Below, in pieces: positions 1 to 11,735 of a stretch of 64,000 bases of DNA. The notes under the pieces are model-generated. The model saw nothing but the letters and a program-made list of their open reading frames with translations. It had not been told where the DNA came from and made no database searches. The position numbers were made by a program, and so were the translations under genes. This DNA comes from Octopus bimaculoides (lineage: Eukaryota), in assembly GCF_001194135.2 (NCBI RefSeq), contig NC_068983.1, positions 57,450,099 through 57,514,098 on the forward strand, written 5' to 3'. Each line of letters begins with the position of its first letter. Position 1 is the first letter of the stretch.

Positions 1-63
<63 letters not shown>

Positions 64-95
64 GATGGGGGACAATAATAATAATGATGATAGTA
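1..95. repeat. (AAT)n microsatellite, degenerating to AAT/GAT
   Basis: Perfect AAT run 1-62 followed by imperfect AAT/GAT units. Confidence 0.95.
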
Positions 96-721
96 ATGAA
101 GTATTGTATATTCAGAATTTCCATATTATATCCTAAGGATGATAATACTTTCTCAAACATTAGCAAATTTCAGCATTGATCTTCTTCACTTTCCTCTTCT
201 CTCTCAGTTTTGTCACCATTTCTCTTTCAATTATCAAACAGAATAAAAATGCAATTTGTCATATTCTTTAGATGATGATGATGTTGTTCAGAGCTGATAT
301 CATATCAGATCTAAGAAATAATATAGTAACATCACGTGTCACTCTCAGTTAGTATTCGTCGTCAAATGAATACCAGTATATGATGAGATAAAATCCGAAA
401 TTCTTCTGTGCAAGACTATTAGGGCTAATACAATTATATTCACTATACGCCAGGAGGAAATGAAATATCTGTAGTTGTCACTCAAGCAAAATTTGAGTGA
501 CATTTTGCACTCCATGCTCATCCCATACTTACACTCATATGTGCACACATTTATGTGTATGCCTTCATAAACATGTACACATATGCATGCATGCATACAT
601 GCATACACCGACATTGTATTTCACTGCTGGCTAAAAGGGAGAGATAAGTAGATAATAATTTAGAAATGTTTAGAAGGCTTTCACATAGAATATATGAGAG
701 TTATTGCTAATGATGTCCAAG

Positions 722-739
722 TAGTGTGTGTGTGTGTGT

Positions 740-786
<47 letters not shown>
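722..786. repeat. (TG)n microsatellite
   Basis: Direct reading; ends at a 10-N gap. Confidence 0.95.
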
Positions 787-820
787 NNNNNNNNNNATGG
801 TTTTGTGTGTGTAAATATAT

Positions 821-1266
821 ACTCTTTTACTCTTTTACTTGTTTCAGTCATTTGACTGTGGCCATGCTGGAGCACCGCCTTTAGTCAAGCATATGGACCC
901 CAGGACTTATTCCTTGTAAGCCTAGTACTTATTCTACCGGTCTCTTTTGCCGAACCGTTAAGTCACTGGGATGTAAACACACCATCATCGGTTGTCAAGT
1001 GATGTAGGAGGGACAAACACAGACANNNNNNNNNNTCGGTTGTCAAGTGATGTAGGAGGGACAAACACAGACACACAAACACACACATATATACATATAC
1101 ATATATACGACAGGCTTCTTTCAGTTTTCGTCCACCAAATCCACTCACAATGCTCTGGTCGGCCTGAGGTAATAGTAGAAGACACTTGCCCAAGGTGCTT
1201 ACGCAGTGGGACTGAACCCGGAACCATGTGGTTGGTAAGCAAACTGTTTACCACACAACCACTCCT
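821..1266 (-). mobile_element. SINE family A, near full length (tRNA-derived head, internal (TA)n(TG)n, (AGTAAAAG)n tail)
   Basis: Reverse complement matches the copies at 7075-7508 and 12400-12812; head has A-box-like TGGTTGTGTGG and B-box-like GGTTCAGTCCC. Confidence 0.9.
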
Positions 1267-1346
1267 ACATATATATATATATATTTTTATATATAGCGTT
1301 GACCACTAACGTGGACAATCAATGTGCTAGAAATAGATCACATCTT

Positions 1347-1677
1347 GTGTCTATTAAGACCTAAATTTTTCTCAACACGAAATATAGCGTAATACCAAAA
1401 CGTAAAACTTTTAAATTTTACCATTAAGCTTCAATTAGCAGAACCATATACACGCGCACGTGTGGCGGTGGGCAACTTTGTATACGATTCTGATGATTGC
1501 GGTTACATTACAAATCAGGCTGAAGAGGAATAGATAATCGGTAAGATTCGTTAAATCCGAAACCGGTCCCTGTTTAATGATGAGTTTTTTTTTTGGTGAT
1601 TTTAAATGTCTTGCCCGCTTACGTTTTGGTATTACGCTATATTTCATGTTGAGAAAAAATTAGGTCTTAATAGACAC
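1347..1677 (+). mobile_element. Penelope-like terminal-repeat fragment bounded by a 59-bp inverted repeat
   Basis: 1347-1405 and 1619-1677 are reverse complements with 2 mismatches and enclose a hammerhead motif; right arm runs into an N gap. Confidence 0.65.
1516..1572 (+). ncRNA. Type I hammerhead ribozyme motif (minimal, Penelope-type)
   Basis: CAGG-CTGAAGA-GGA-[26 nt with AATC/GATT hairpin]-TCC-GAAA-C-CG-GTC-CCTG; all core nucleotides present, GUC triplet, palindromic ACCGGT helix III. Confidence 0.8.
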
Positions 1678-1941
1678 NNNNNNNNNNNNNNNNNNNNNNN
1701 NNNNNNNNNNNNNNNNNNNNNNNNNNNNNNNNNNNNNNNNNNNNNNNNNNNNNNNNNNNNNNNNNNNNNNNNNNNNNNNNNNNNNNNNNNNNNNNNNNNN
1801 NNNNNNNNNNNNNNNNNNNNNNNNNNNNNNNNNNNNNNNNNNNNNNNNNNNNNNNNNNNNNNNNNNNNNNNNNNNNNNNNNNNNNNNNNNNNNNNNNNAA
1901 TCGATATTAATTAATATATGATTACTTACCATATTTTATAA

Positions 1942-1974
<33 letters not shown>

Positions 1975-1982
<8 letters not shown>

Positions 1983-2060
1983 CGAGGGATGTCATTGCCA
2001 GTGCCGCTGGACTGGCTCCTGTGCAGGTGGCATCTAAAAAACACCATTTTGAGCATGACC
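1975..2060 (+). mobile_element. Family C internal-repeat fragment
   Basis: GCCAGTGCCGCTGGACTGGCTCCTGTGCAGGTGGCA...CACCATTTTGAGC matches 40990-41100 and 45220-45290. Confidence 0.8.
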
Positions 2061-2235
2061 GAATAACATCGAAAAATACCTTAGGAATGAGAATCCAGGC
2101 TTGAAATCTCCCCAAAGCACTTGATGAAGGCTGGAGGAATATCAGCCAAAACGTGTTAACAACAAACAAGATGAGAACAAATATCCATCAAATGTAAATA
2201 ATCTACACATTTCGTCACCTCTTAAATATAGAACA
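2056..2235 (+). mobile_element. Family F element, 5'-truncated, with inactivated hammerhead
   Basis: Homologous to the reverse complement of 5700-5850; ribozyme core mutated (TTGATGA, AAAAC, GTT deleted). Confidence 0.8.
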
Positions 2236-3269
2236 GTTTCATCAACAGTTGAGTGCCTGAGTAACAGTATTAAGAGTAGGTTCTGCTCATGTGTAATATA
2301 TATATTATGAAGAAAGAAAAAGTCATTCTTAGAAATCCTTCTGGGTTTTTTTTAATCAGCTAAAATATTTCCTCGGCAAATAAATTGGTGCCTATGAAAA
2401 GGAAACCAGTTTAATATGCTAAGAGAAAATACCTTTGCCACAGCAATTCTTATCAATGTTTCCAATATTTTGATATTTCCTTACATTTATCTGACTGTTT
2501 ACCAATAATCTGCTTCTGAACAAATAGCCATTCTACAGAGTTAAAATAAGATTATTTGTGAAATTTATTCCATCATTCTGAACTTGTGAGTCAGTCAGTA
2601 AGAGGTAAGAATTTTTGGAAAGAAATAGGGGTGAAAAATTCTTGCTTGCTTTTTCTTTAATTCAATATACTTCGAAAGACAACTATAGAACCGTTGCTGG
2701 CTCCTAATAATTCTACAGTTGATTTCCATTGGTGGGAAAAGTAAAAATAAATGAATGAATAAATATAATTAAACAAAATGAAATAAAACACAGCAGAACA
2801 CAAACACACAAACACACACACATACACACACATCTAAAACCTTTGCTTACATCAACAAGTGTATCTTGTAAAAATAAAACTACAAGCAACAAATTTGATC
2901 TATCTGCTAATGTGATCTTGTTTGCTAGAGTGCATACACCATATTCGCAACAACTACTTCTAGATTTTCAGTTTAGAAAACATTTTCTTCTTTGCAATCA
3001 TGTTGTTCCACGAAAGCTTTCAAACTTATCTCCCACTTAATCTCCATCTCACTTTATGATGCTTTCGCTTCTCTTTTATTTCTTGTTTGTTTTGTTTTTT
3101 TTAACCTACCTCTGCTGCCCCCCCCCCCCCCCCCCGCACACACACTTCGTTCTTCCATTCCCTTACTTTATTCTCTCCAAATTTCCTATCCTCTCCCTTC
3201 TCCCCTCGCTAATGATCCCTATTTACAATAATTTACTTAACCTTTTACGTTGCTGAACACTTACTATGC

Positions 3270-3294
3270 ATTTCTCTCTCCCTCTTTCTTTCTT

Positions 3295-3333
<39 letters not shown>

Positions 3334-3850
3334 ATCTATTAGTCAATCTATCTGTCTCATTCTGTCTCTTTCTCTCTCACTCTCTATCTGTCAGTCTCTC
3401 TCTTTCTGTCTTTCTTTGTCTTTCTAATGCTCACTCTTCTCTCCATCTCTGTCTCTCTCTCTCTATCTCTCTATCTCTCTATCTCTCTATCTATTTATTT
3501 ATCTATCTATCAGTCTGGCTAACTATCACTCTATTTATCTGTCTCTCTCTCTTTCTCTCTCTCTATCTCTCTCTATCTATCTCTTTTTGTGTCTTTCTTT
3601 GTTGTTTCTCTCTCTCTCTCTATGCCTATCTATCTATCAGACTAGCTAGCTAGCAATCTTTCTATCTGTCTCTCTCTTTTTTTTCTCTCTATCTCTCTCT
3701 CTATTTATCTCTTTTTGTCTTTCTTTGTCGTTTTCTCTCTCTCTCTGGTCTCTATCTATCTATCTATCTATCTATTTATCTATCTATCTATCAGTCTATC
3801 TGTTTCTCTTTCATTCTCTCCCCCTCCCTCCCTCTCTCTCCCTTTCTCCA

Positions 3851-3886
<36 letters not shown>

Positions 3887-4140
3887 CTGCTTCTTATCAC
3901 TGATTCTCATCTTCCAATTTAACCCAGCATTTGTAATCTCTCTTCCATCTCTCAGACTTCTTTCCTTCTCATTTCAGCACAAACACACACACACTCTCCC
4001 CCCCTCTCCCTCTCTCTCTCTTTCACTTTCCTTCACCAGACTCTTACCACCACCCACTCACGCTCTCTCACACCTTCTCCCTCTTCTTCTCCCCATCACC
4101 ATCTCTTCTTCCTATCCCAAACCCCTGTATCCTCTCATCT
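3270..4140. repeat. Long polypyrimidine microsatellite field: (CT)n, (CTAT)n, (CTGT)n
   Basis: Direct reading. Confidence 0.9.
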
Positions 4141-4299
4141 TCCTTACAATATGTCTTAACAGTTAATTCAAAGGCATCACTGTGAAAACATCTTCCTTCA
4201 CACGTGCAACCCCCACCCCACCCCACAACACACTACCTTATCACTCCTACTCAGCCCTCTCCCCCTTCAAATCCTAGACTATTGCAAGGCATTAAACAT

Positions 4300-4625
4300 T
4301 ATCATGATTATCATCATCATTATTATTATCATCATCATCATCATCATCTTTGGCATCATCATTATCATTATTATTATCATCATCATCATCGATGTTGTTG
4401 TCATTGTTGTCATCATCATCATCATCATTGTCATCACCATCATCATCATCATCATCATCATCACCATCCATCATCAACATCAGCATCATCATCATCATCA
4501 TCATTACCACCACCACTACTGCTACACACCACTACCACCCCCATCATCATCATCACCACCACCACTGCCACTACCACCATCACCAGCATCACCTCTATCA
4601 TCATCATTATCATCATCATTGTCGT
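4300..4625. repeat. Compound trinucleotide array (ATC/ATT/ACC)n
   Basis: Direct reading; source of the poly-H/I/S/D pseudo-ORFs. Confidence 0.95.
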
Positions 4626-5689
4626 CCAGTTGTTTGATCAAACCAACTGTCCACTAATTGAATTTTAATTAATTAATGCATGTGGCCGAGTACTCCATAG
4701 GTACTTCTTCCCTTAGAATAATCTTTTGGTATGGTCCTTTGAATTATGGGCTCATCATATGTTCTATGTTTGAAAACAGCAAAAATAAGAAGTGAAATAA
4801 TTTTTGAAGGTGCAAAATCCAGCGGATGAAGTTATAAATAATTGCATATGGAATATCCAGCACCAATATTATTAGCTGGAAAAGACCGGAAATAGCAGCA
4901 AAATGACAAAATTGTAGGCAAACTGGACAAAATGCCCAACAGCATTTCTTCCTGCCTTATTGTTCTGAGTTCAAATACTACCAAGATCCCCTTAACTGTT
5001 CATCCTTTCAGGGTAACTAGCATAGATGGTGGGGGGGGGAAGGTATGGTCCTCCCTGGGTGGCACTTTTAAAGAGGCAGCACTCTTTATCTTGTTGTAGC
5101 TTATTGCTGTAGGCAATATGTGCTTTTTGTGGGGTCCAAGGGTGGCAAATGGAAAGGCTCTCCCTTGACAGGTGGCGCCACCTACCTTAATACACCAGCA
5201 CCCCAGGGTCCTCTCCACTCACTACAGGCCTGCATGGACATTGAACTCGGCCGTGGGGCTGGTGACTGTGGTCACCAAAAGTAGGGCCTCGATGCACAGC
5301 CAATTTGCCCCTGAGTGTTCAGGGTTGATAAATTAAATACAAGTTGAGAAATAGGGTTGATGTAGTCAAGTAGAACCCCGTCCTCGAATATTTAAAATCA
5401 TGTGCCTATAACAGAAAGAATTAATCTATAGTTTTAAATATTTTGAGTCCTACTGTTAAAAAATAATTCACTTGATTTTTTTCAAAGTTTCTAAATTCTC
5501 ATAAGGTAAAGACTATGATATTTAAATGTTATCCAGTATTCCAGAATGTATTTGTAAATGTTTGCAAAGATAACACATAAAAAGAAGATAAGGTGTTTAC
5601 ATCTGCTTATATATACAGGGGTAGTTAGAAAGTATACAGGGTGATTGAAAAGTAACTCCCTATTCTAAAATACTTATAAATTATTCATT

Positions 5690-6104
5690 ATATTATTTAC
5701 ATTATTTACATTCAACATTATTTATATCTGTCCTCATCTTGTTTGTTGTTAACACAACATTTCGGCTGATATACCTTCCAGCCTTCATCAGGTGTCTTGG
5801 GGAAATTTCGAACCTGGGTTCTCATTCCTAAGGTATTTTTTGATGTTATTATTATTATTATTATTATGTTGTTGTTTTTTCTTCTTTCTTCAAATTTTCT
5901 TCCATTTCTCGCCATGTGTTTTCCGTACACCTAAAGCAGAGAAGCTCATTGTATGCATTCCCAATTTACACACACAAATTCACAGGTAAAATATGTATTT
6001 AAAAAAAATTAATAAATAAATAAATTCACGAATGAATGTTGTTTACACAGTGATAATGCTCTTCTCAGTACATGAGTATTTCCAGTTAACACGATTTTTT
6101 GCAC

Positions 6105-6137
<33 letters not shown>

Positions 6138-6163
6138 TCACTGCTTGGAATCGAACTTGGAAT
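5690..6163 (-). mobile_element. Family F element: B-box fragment, (AAT)n, body, hammerhead, (ATGTAAATA)n tail; split at its (AAT)n by ~240 bp
   Basis: Minus strand GTTCGATTCC (6147-6156) then GTGACCTGAATAA(TAA)n; body resumes at 5867 after another (AAT)n; paralog at 2056 reads TGACC-GAATAA-CATCGAAAAATACC. Confidence 0.7.
5751..5796 (-). ncRNA. Type I hammerhead ribozyme motif (minimal variant)
   Basis: Minus strand GACAC-CTGATGA-A-GGCTG-GAAGGTATAT-CAGCC-GAAAT-GTT-GTGTT; helix I GACAC/GUGUU, perfect 5-bp helix II, zero-nt helix III loop. Confidence 0.6.
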
Positions 6164-6265
6164 TATTTATTAATTGAGATTTTTTTCTCAATTTTTTTTT
6201 TTTCCGTTTGTTTTTTTGAAGTGTGAGAATTTAATCTGTATTCATATTGTACTTGTCATTGGTGA

Positions 6266-6483
6266 ATCCTTTCTACTCTAGGCACAAGGCCTGAAAGTGT
6301 GGGGGGGAGGGGGCCAGTCGATTAGATCGACTCCAGAATGCAACTGGTACTTAATTTATCGACACTGAAAAGATGAAAGGCAAAGTTGACCTCAGCAGAA
6401 TTTGAACTCAGAACATAAAGGCAGACGAAATATCGCTAAGCATTTCGCCCGGTGTGCTAATGTTTCTGCCAGCTCGCCGCCTT
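6266..6483 (-). mobile_element. SINE family B (copy 1 of a tandem pair)
   Basis: Minus strand head GGCGGCGAGCTGGCAGAAAC, B-box-like GAGTTCAAATTC, central GCCTTTCATC..GTCGATAAATTAAGTACCAG. Confidence 0.9.
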
Positions 6484-6488
6484 CAACA

Positions 6489-6705
6489 ATCTTTTCTGCT
6501 CTAGGCAGAAGGCCCGAAATTTTGGGGGAGATGGCAAGTCAATTAGATCGACCTCAGTATGCAACTGGTACTTAATTTATCAACCCCAAAAGGATGAAAG
6601 GCAAAGTCGACCTTGGTGGAATTTGAACCCAGAACGTTAAGACAGACGAAATAATGCTAAGCATTTCGCCCTGGTGTGCTAACGTTTCTGCCAGCTCGCT
6701 GCCTT
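6489..6705 (-). mobile_element. SINE family B (copy 2 of a tandem pair)
   Basis: Colinear with 6266-6483 and separated from it by 5 nt. Confidence 0.9.
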
Positions 6706-7074
6706 GCATCCATGATGATATTACAACAATAATAAACTCCTGATGTTTACATCTATCTGTTACGTAGAGTGTTGGCAAGAAATCTATAACTCCATTCTAT
6801 AATACAAAATGGAACAGAACTGGAACAACACAATTCTCAATGCAACAGTAATTGTAGTCTAATTCCATTTCCATTACCAGGTTAATATTAAAGAATATTA
6901 TGGTTGGAGCCATTATATTCTCTAATGTAGTGTTGGAGACAAAAACTCAAATTAATTAGTAATATTTATGCAGTGAGATGAATAAAACATTAGTTTGATG
7001 ACTAATATTATTTTAATCTGATTTTAGCAATTAATTAATAAATTTGATGTTTTTCCCTCTCTACATTAAGCTCA

Positions 7075-7240
7075 ATAGGCATAGGAGTGGCTGTGTGGTA
7101 AGTAGCTTGCTTACCAACCACATGGCTCTGGGTTCAGTGCCACTGCGTGGCACCTTTGGCAAATGCCTTCTACTATTGCCTCGGGCCGACCAAAGCCTCC
7201 TGAGTAGATTTGGTAGACGGAAACTGAAAGAAGCCCGTTG

Positions 7241-7301
<61 letters not shown>

Positions 7302-7508
7302 CTGTCTGTGTTTGTCCCACCAACATCGCTTGACAACCGATGCTGGTGTGTTTACGTCCCCGTAACTTAGCAGTTCGGATTAAAAAAAACTGCTAGAATA
7401 AGTACTAGGCTTACAATGAATAAGTCCTGGGGTCTATTTGCTTGGCTAAAAGCGGTGCTCCAGCATGGCCGTAGTCAAATGACTGAAACAAGGAAAAGAG
7501 TAAAAGAA
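7075..7508 (+). mobile_element. SINE family A, full length
   Basis: GGAGTGGCTGTGTGG A-box-like, GGTTCAGTGCC B-box-like, central (TA)n(TG)n, tail GGAAAAGAGTAAAAGA. Confidence 0.92.
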
Positions 7509-7640
7509 TAGCACTAACTCATTGTTGTTTTCCATACAGGTAACATTATAAAATAATTTACCACCACATGAAACATAGAATTTTCTCTAGAAATATCAGA
7601 GCAATATGCTGTGCTTCAGAAGATCTTTTGAGTCAAATAA

Positions 7641-7857
7641 AAGGCAGCGAGCTGGCAGAATAGTTAGCGTGCTGGGTGAAACACCTAGTGGTATTTCGTC
7701 TGTCACTATGTTCTGAGTTCAAATTGCGCTGAGGTCGACTTTGCCTTCCATTCTTTCAGGGTCGATATATTAAGTACCAGTTGCATACTGCGGTTGATGT
7801 TATTGGCTCGTCCCCCACCGACCAAATTTCAGGCCTTGTGTCTTTAGTAGAAAGGAT
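7641..7857 (+). mobile_element. SINE family B, full length
   Basis: AAGGCAGCGAGCTGGCAGAA head, GAGTTCAAATT, GCCTTCCATTCTTTCAGGGTCGAT, tail AGGCCTTGTGTCTTTAGTAGAAAGG. Confidence 0.88.
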
Positions 7858-8210
7858 TATTTGAATGTATCTACTCTGAATATGCTTTTCTAAGCAGGGG
7901 TCAAGAAACTGGAAGAGGGCTCTTTCCCATGCCTTGGAGATGGCAGAGTAACCCGGGATTTTTGTGTGGGGTTTACCCCAAAGTACCCTAAGGGGACTGT
8001 CCCACTATTGGGCATTCTATTTATTTATCTATTTATTATTTATTTCTCTACTTTCTGTTATATATCCTCTGCTATATCCTTTAATGTGGTAGTATCTCCC
8101 TTTGATTGATGCTAACCCCACGTTTTTGTAATTTGTTTTTTTCTGTGCTGTAACTCGTCCTTCGATATTGTCCCCCATGTCTTGGGCCCTTGTGGCCAAT
8201 AAAAGAAACC

Positions 8211-8211
8211 C

Positions 8212-8242
<31 letters not shown>

Positions 8243-8592
8243 CATCATCACCATCATCATCATCATTATCATCATCATCATCGTTCTCGTCATAGTCGTT
8301 GTCATCATTATCATCATCGTCGTCATCATCATCATTGTCATCATCATCATCATTGTCGTTATCGTCATCATCATCGTCATCATCGTCATCATCATCATCA
8401 TCGTCGCCGTCATCGTTGTGGTCATCGTCATGGTCATCATCATCATTATCATAATCATCATCATCATTATCACCATCGTCATCGTCGTCATCATCATCAC
8501 CTTCATCATCGTCATCATCATTGTCATTGTCATCATCATTATCATCATCATTGTCATCATCATCATCATCATCAACATTATCATTGTTATTA
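8211..8592. repeat. Compound (CAT/CGT/TAT)n array
   Basis: Direct reading. Confidence 0.95.
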
Positions 8593-8669
8593 GGCGGGGT
8601 TTAGCTCATCATCGACCATCCCTGATGCTAAACAATTTGCTAAACACCATAGAAGTTCAAGACAAACAT

Positions 8670-8744
<75 letters not shown>

Positions 8745-9224
8745 AGAGTATAAAACATAGTCCAACTCATACCAGCAGGGAAACACGGATGTTAAATAAC
8801 GAAAGTACATTCCTTTAATTTCCAGGCTTTGCTAGTCGTGATTGATTTACATTTTCTCTATCTTCTATATATTTATTTTTAAGCTACAAAGGGTCATCTG
8901 ATATGCCAACATATAAGATATTTCCAATGCTCTACTAATTCTGCTCTATAGCTAATGTAATATTACTTATTAGAGAACCTCCATCTCAATGATAACCTTC
9001 ATTGATTTGTATTATTCTCCTAATGGGAATATCTCTGTGCAAATATGAAACACATATTGATATTTCTAGCTTCTTCCTCTTGTTCCTGTTGCAATCCTCC
9101 AGATGATTATATTGAACGATAAATATTTTCTTATATGTATCGTTTTTTTGTTTTGCTTTTTGTTCTTTTTAGAGAGGAGGATATATCGGTATGTATAACA
9201 GCAAAAGCTAACGGTGTGCAGACT

Positions 9225-9513
9225 GATGGTGATGATGCTAAAGATGATGGACGACAATGGTAAGGATGATGATGACGATGATGATGATGCTCACGAGAAA
9301 AATGATAGCAATAATTACAACAACAACAACAATAATAATAGTAATAATAATAATATTAATGACAATATTGATGATGAAGATAAGGAGGATAATGATAATG
9401 ATGATGATGATGCTCATGAGCAAATAATAATAATAATAATGATAATAATAATGATACTAATAATTATAATAATAATCATAATAATAATAATAATGATAAT
9501 AATAATGATGATG

Positions 9514-9580
<67 letters not shown>

Positions 9581-9912
9581 TAGTAATAATAAATAATAAT
9601 AATGAGGATGATGATGATAATGATGATGATGACGATGATGATGATAATAATGATAAGAAAGGGACAGTAACAGGAATCAGTAAATGATAAGAAAGAAAAT
9701 GATAATAATAATTATAATAACAATGGTGATGATGGTGATGATGGTGATGGTGATGATGATAATGATGATGATGATGATGACAATAGTAATGATGATGATA
9801 GTGATAATGTTGATGGTGATGATGACAATAAATATGATGATAGAAGTAACAACAATGATAATAAAAATAACTATGATGATGATAAAAATGATGATGATGA
9901 TGATGATTGTAA
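9225..9912. repeat. Compound (GAT/AAT/AAC)n array
   Basis: Direct reading. Confidence 0.95.
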
Positions 9913-11107
9913 TAACACAAATTCATATCAGTAAAAAAACAAAACAAAAGAAAGAAGTGCTTTCATTTACATAGATGTTTTATATGTTTATCTCCTTAAA
10001 ATTTCTAAATTTACAATGTAACATAGCAATCACATTTCTGAGGAATATATTCTATATGCAGAATCCCAAGGGATACCTTGCTCTCTCAGTCTCTCTCTCT
10101 CTCTCTGTCTCCTTCCCTCTCCACCACTCTCTCTCTCTCCCTGTCTCTTTCTCTATTTTCTATTTATATATTTTTCTGATACTCTTGTGTTGTTTAACTG
10201 GTCATTTTCTTTTCAATTTTAATACAGAACTTGATTTACATTTTAACATCATTTTTCAAATGTGTTTTGCCATCTTGGAATATCATTTCTCCAAATTTAA
10301 CACCTAGAATTTCGTTGCAATCTAATACTGGTGGAAAAAAACAAAAAAAAAATCTATACCCTTCCTCTCTTTCTCTTTCTCTTTCTTCATATGGATACAT
10401 GCAATGTAATGTATGCACAAATGAATACAGACAAAACTGTACATAGATAAATATTTACATACAAACACACACACACACACACAAACACACGCACACACAT
10501 ATATATATATAAATATATATATATANNNNNNNNNNNNNNNNNNNNNNNNNNNNNNNNNNNNNNNNNNNNNNNNNNNNNNNNNNNNNNNNNNNNNNNNNNN
10601 NNNNNNNNNNNNNNNNNNNNNNNNNNNNNNNNNNNNNNNNNNNNNNNNNNNNNNNNNNNNNNNNNNNNNNNNNNNNNNNNNNNNNNNNNNNNNNNNNNNN
10701 NNNNNNNNNNNNNNNNNNNNNNNNNNNNNNNNNNNNNNNNNNNNNNNNNNNNNNNNNNNNNNNNNNNNNNNNNNNNNNNNNNNNNNNNNNNNNNNNNNNN
10801 NNNNNNNNNNNNNNNNNNNNNNNNNNNNNNNNNNNNNNNNNNNNNNNNNNNNNNNNNNNNNNNNNNNNNNNNNNNNNNNNNNNNNNNNNNNNNNNNNNNN
10901 NNNNNNNNNNNNNNNNNNNNNNNNNNNNNNNNNNNNNNNNNNNNNNNNNNNNNNNNNNNNNNNNNNNNNNNNNNNNNNNNNNNNNNNNNNNNNNNNNNNN
11001 NNNNNNNNNTGCAAGCAGAGTTTAGTGTTCAATGAAGGAGAGGTTCGCATGGGTGCCAGTCGTCGGATTCGCTTCGATTTCGATTTCAGATTTCAAATTC
11101 CAAATTC

Positions 11108-11191
<84 letters not shown>

Positions 11192-11389
11192 AATATTCAT
11201 TTGTGAATGTGTAATGTAAGTTTAGAAAAAAACCTATTGGTTTCATGTCTAGTGTGAACTAGACATATTTTAAGTTTCTCTAAACAGTAAACGTTCTCTG
11301 CAAAGAACGTTTCCTTTAAAACACAAGAACGCCCCTGATAGTTCAAGAAATAATCTTGTTTAAAAATATGGCTGAGCGAATTGTATGTA

Positions 11390-11727
11390 TATCGTGCCGG
11401 TGGGATGTAAAAGGCACCATCCAAATGTGGAGCCAAGTAAAACCAAAATTGCAGCTGTGGCCAGTGGCCCCTGATTGGCTCCCATTCTGCTGGCATGTAA
11501 AAAGCACCATCCGAATGTGGCCAATACCAGAACCCACTCCTGGTGGCGCATAGAAAGCACCCACTACACTCTCTGAGTGGTTGTCATTAGGAAGGGCATC
11601 CAGCTGTAGAAACATTGTCAGATCAGATTGGAGCCTGGTGCAGCTGCTGGCTCACCAGCCCTCAGTCAAACCATCCAACCCATGCCAGCATGGAAAATGG
11701 ACGTTAAACGATGATGATGATGATGAT
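11390..11727 (+). mobile_element. Family C retroposon (internal tandem units, CCATGCCAGCATGG hairpin, (GAT)n tail)
   Basis: GGCATGTAAAAAGCACC units, TTAGGAAGGGCATCCAGCTGTAGAAAC, ends GGACGTTAAACGATGATGATG. Confidence 0.88.
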
Positions 11728-11735
11728 ATTTTTAA

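Noticed and set aside
988-1073. 38-bp direct repeat around a 10-N gap inside SINE A
   Set aside because: Identical sequence either side of a minimal gap is an unmerged contig overlap, not biology
3270-4140. Long polypyrimidine/polypurine tracts as functional triplex (H-DNA) elements
   Set aside because: Structurally possible, but ordinary for this microsatellite-rich genome and nothing links them to a function
5625-5680. TA-CAGGGTGATTGAAAAG as a Tc1/mariner terminus; similar single ends at 16530, 16740-16780, 49660, 58948
   Set aside because: Isolated short ends with no matching partner TIR or TSD found
7075-7160. tRNA genes at SINE heads (families A, B, D)
   Set aside because: Only A/B-box-like motifs; no complete cloverleaf, and each continues into a repeated SINE body
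7505-7546. YAG|GT juxtapositions (7537, 5985) as recursive splice sites
   Set aside because: Weak donors (GTAACA, GTAAAA) and expected by chance in AT-rich DNA; untestable without RNA-seq
4204-9974. Long poly-H/I/M/D/S ORFs in the ORF track (also 13656-14060, 17406-17945, 39222-39740, 47577-48495)
   Set aside because: They are translations of tri- and dinucleotide microsatellites, open in several frames and on both strands; no protein-like complexity
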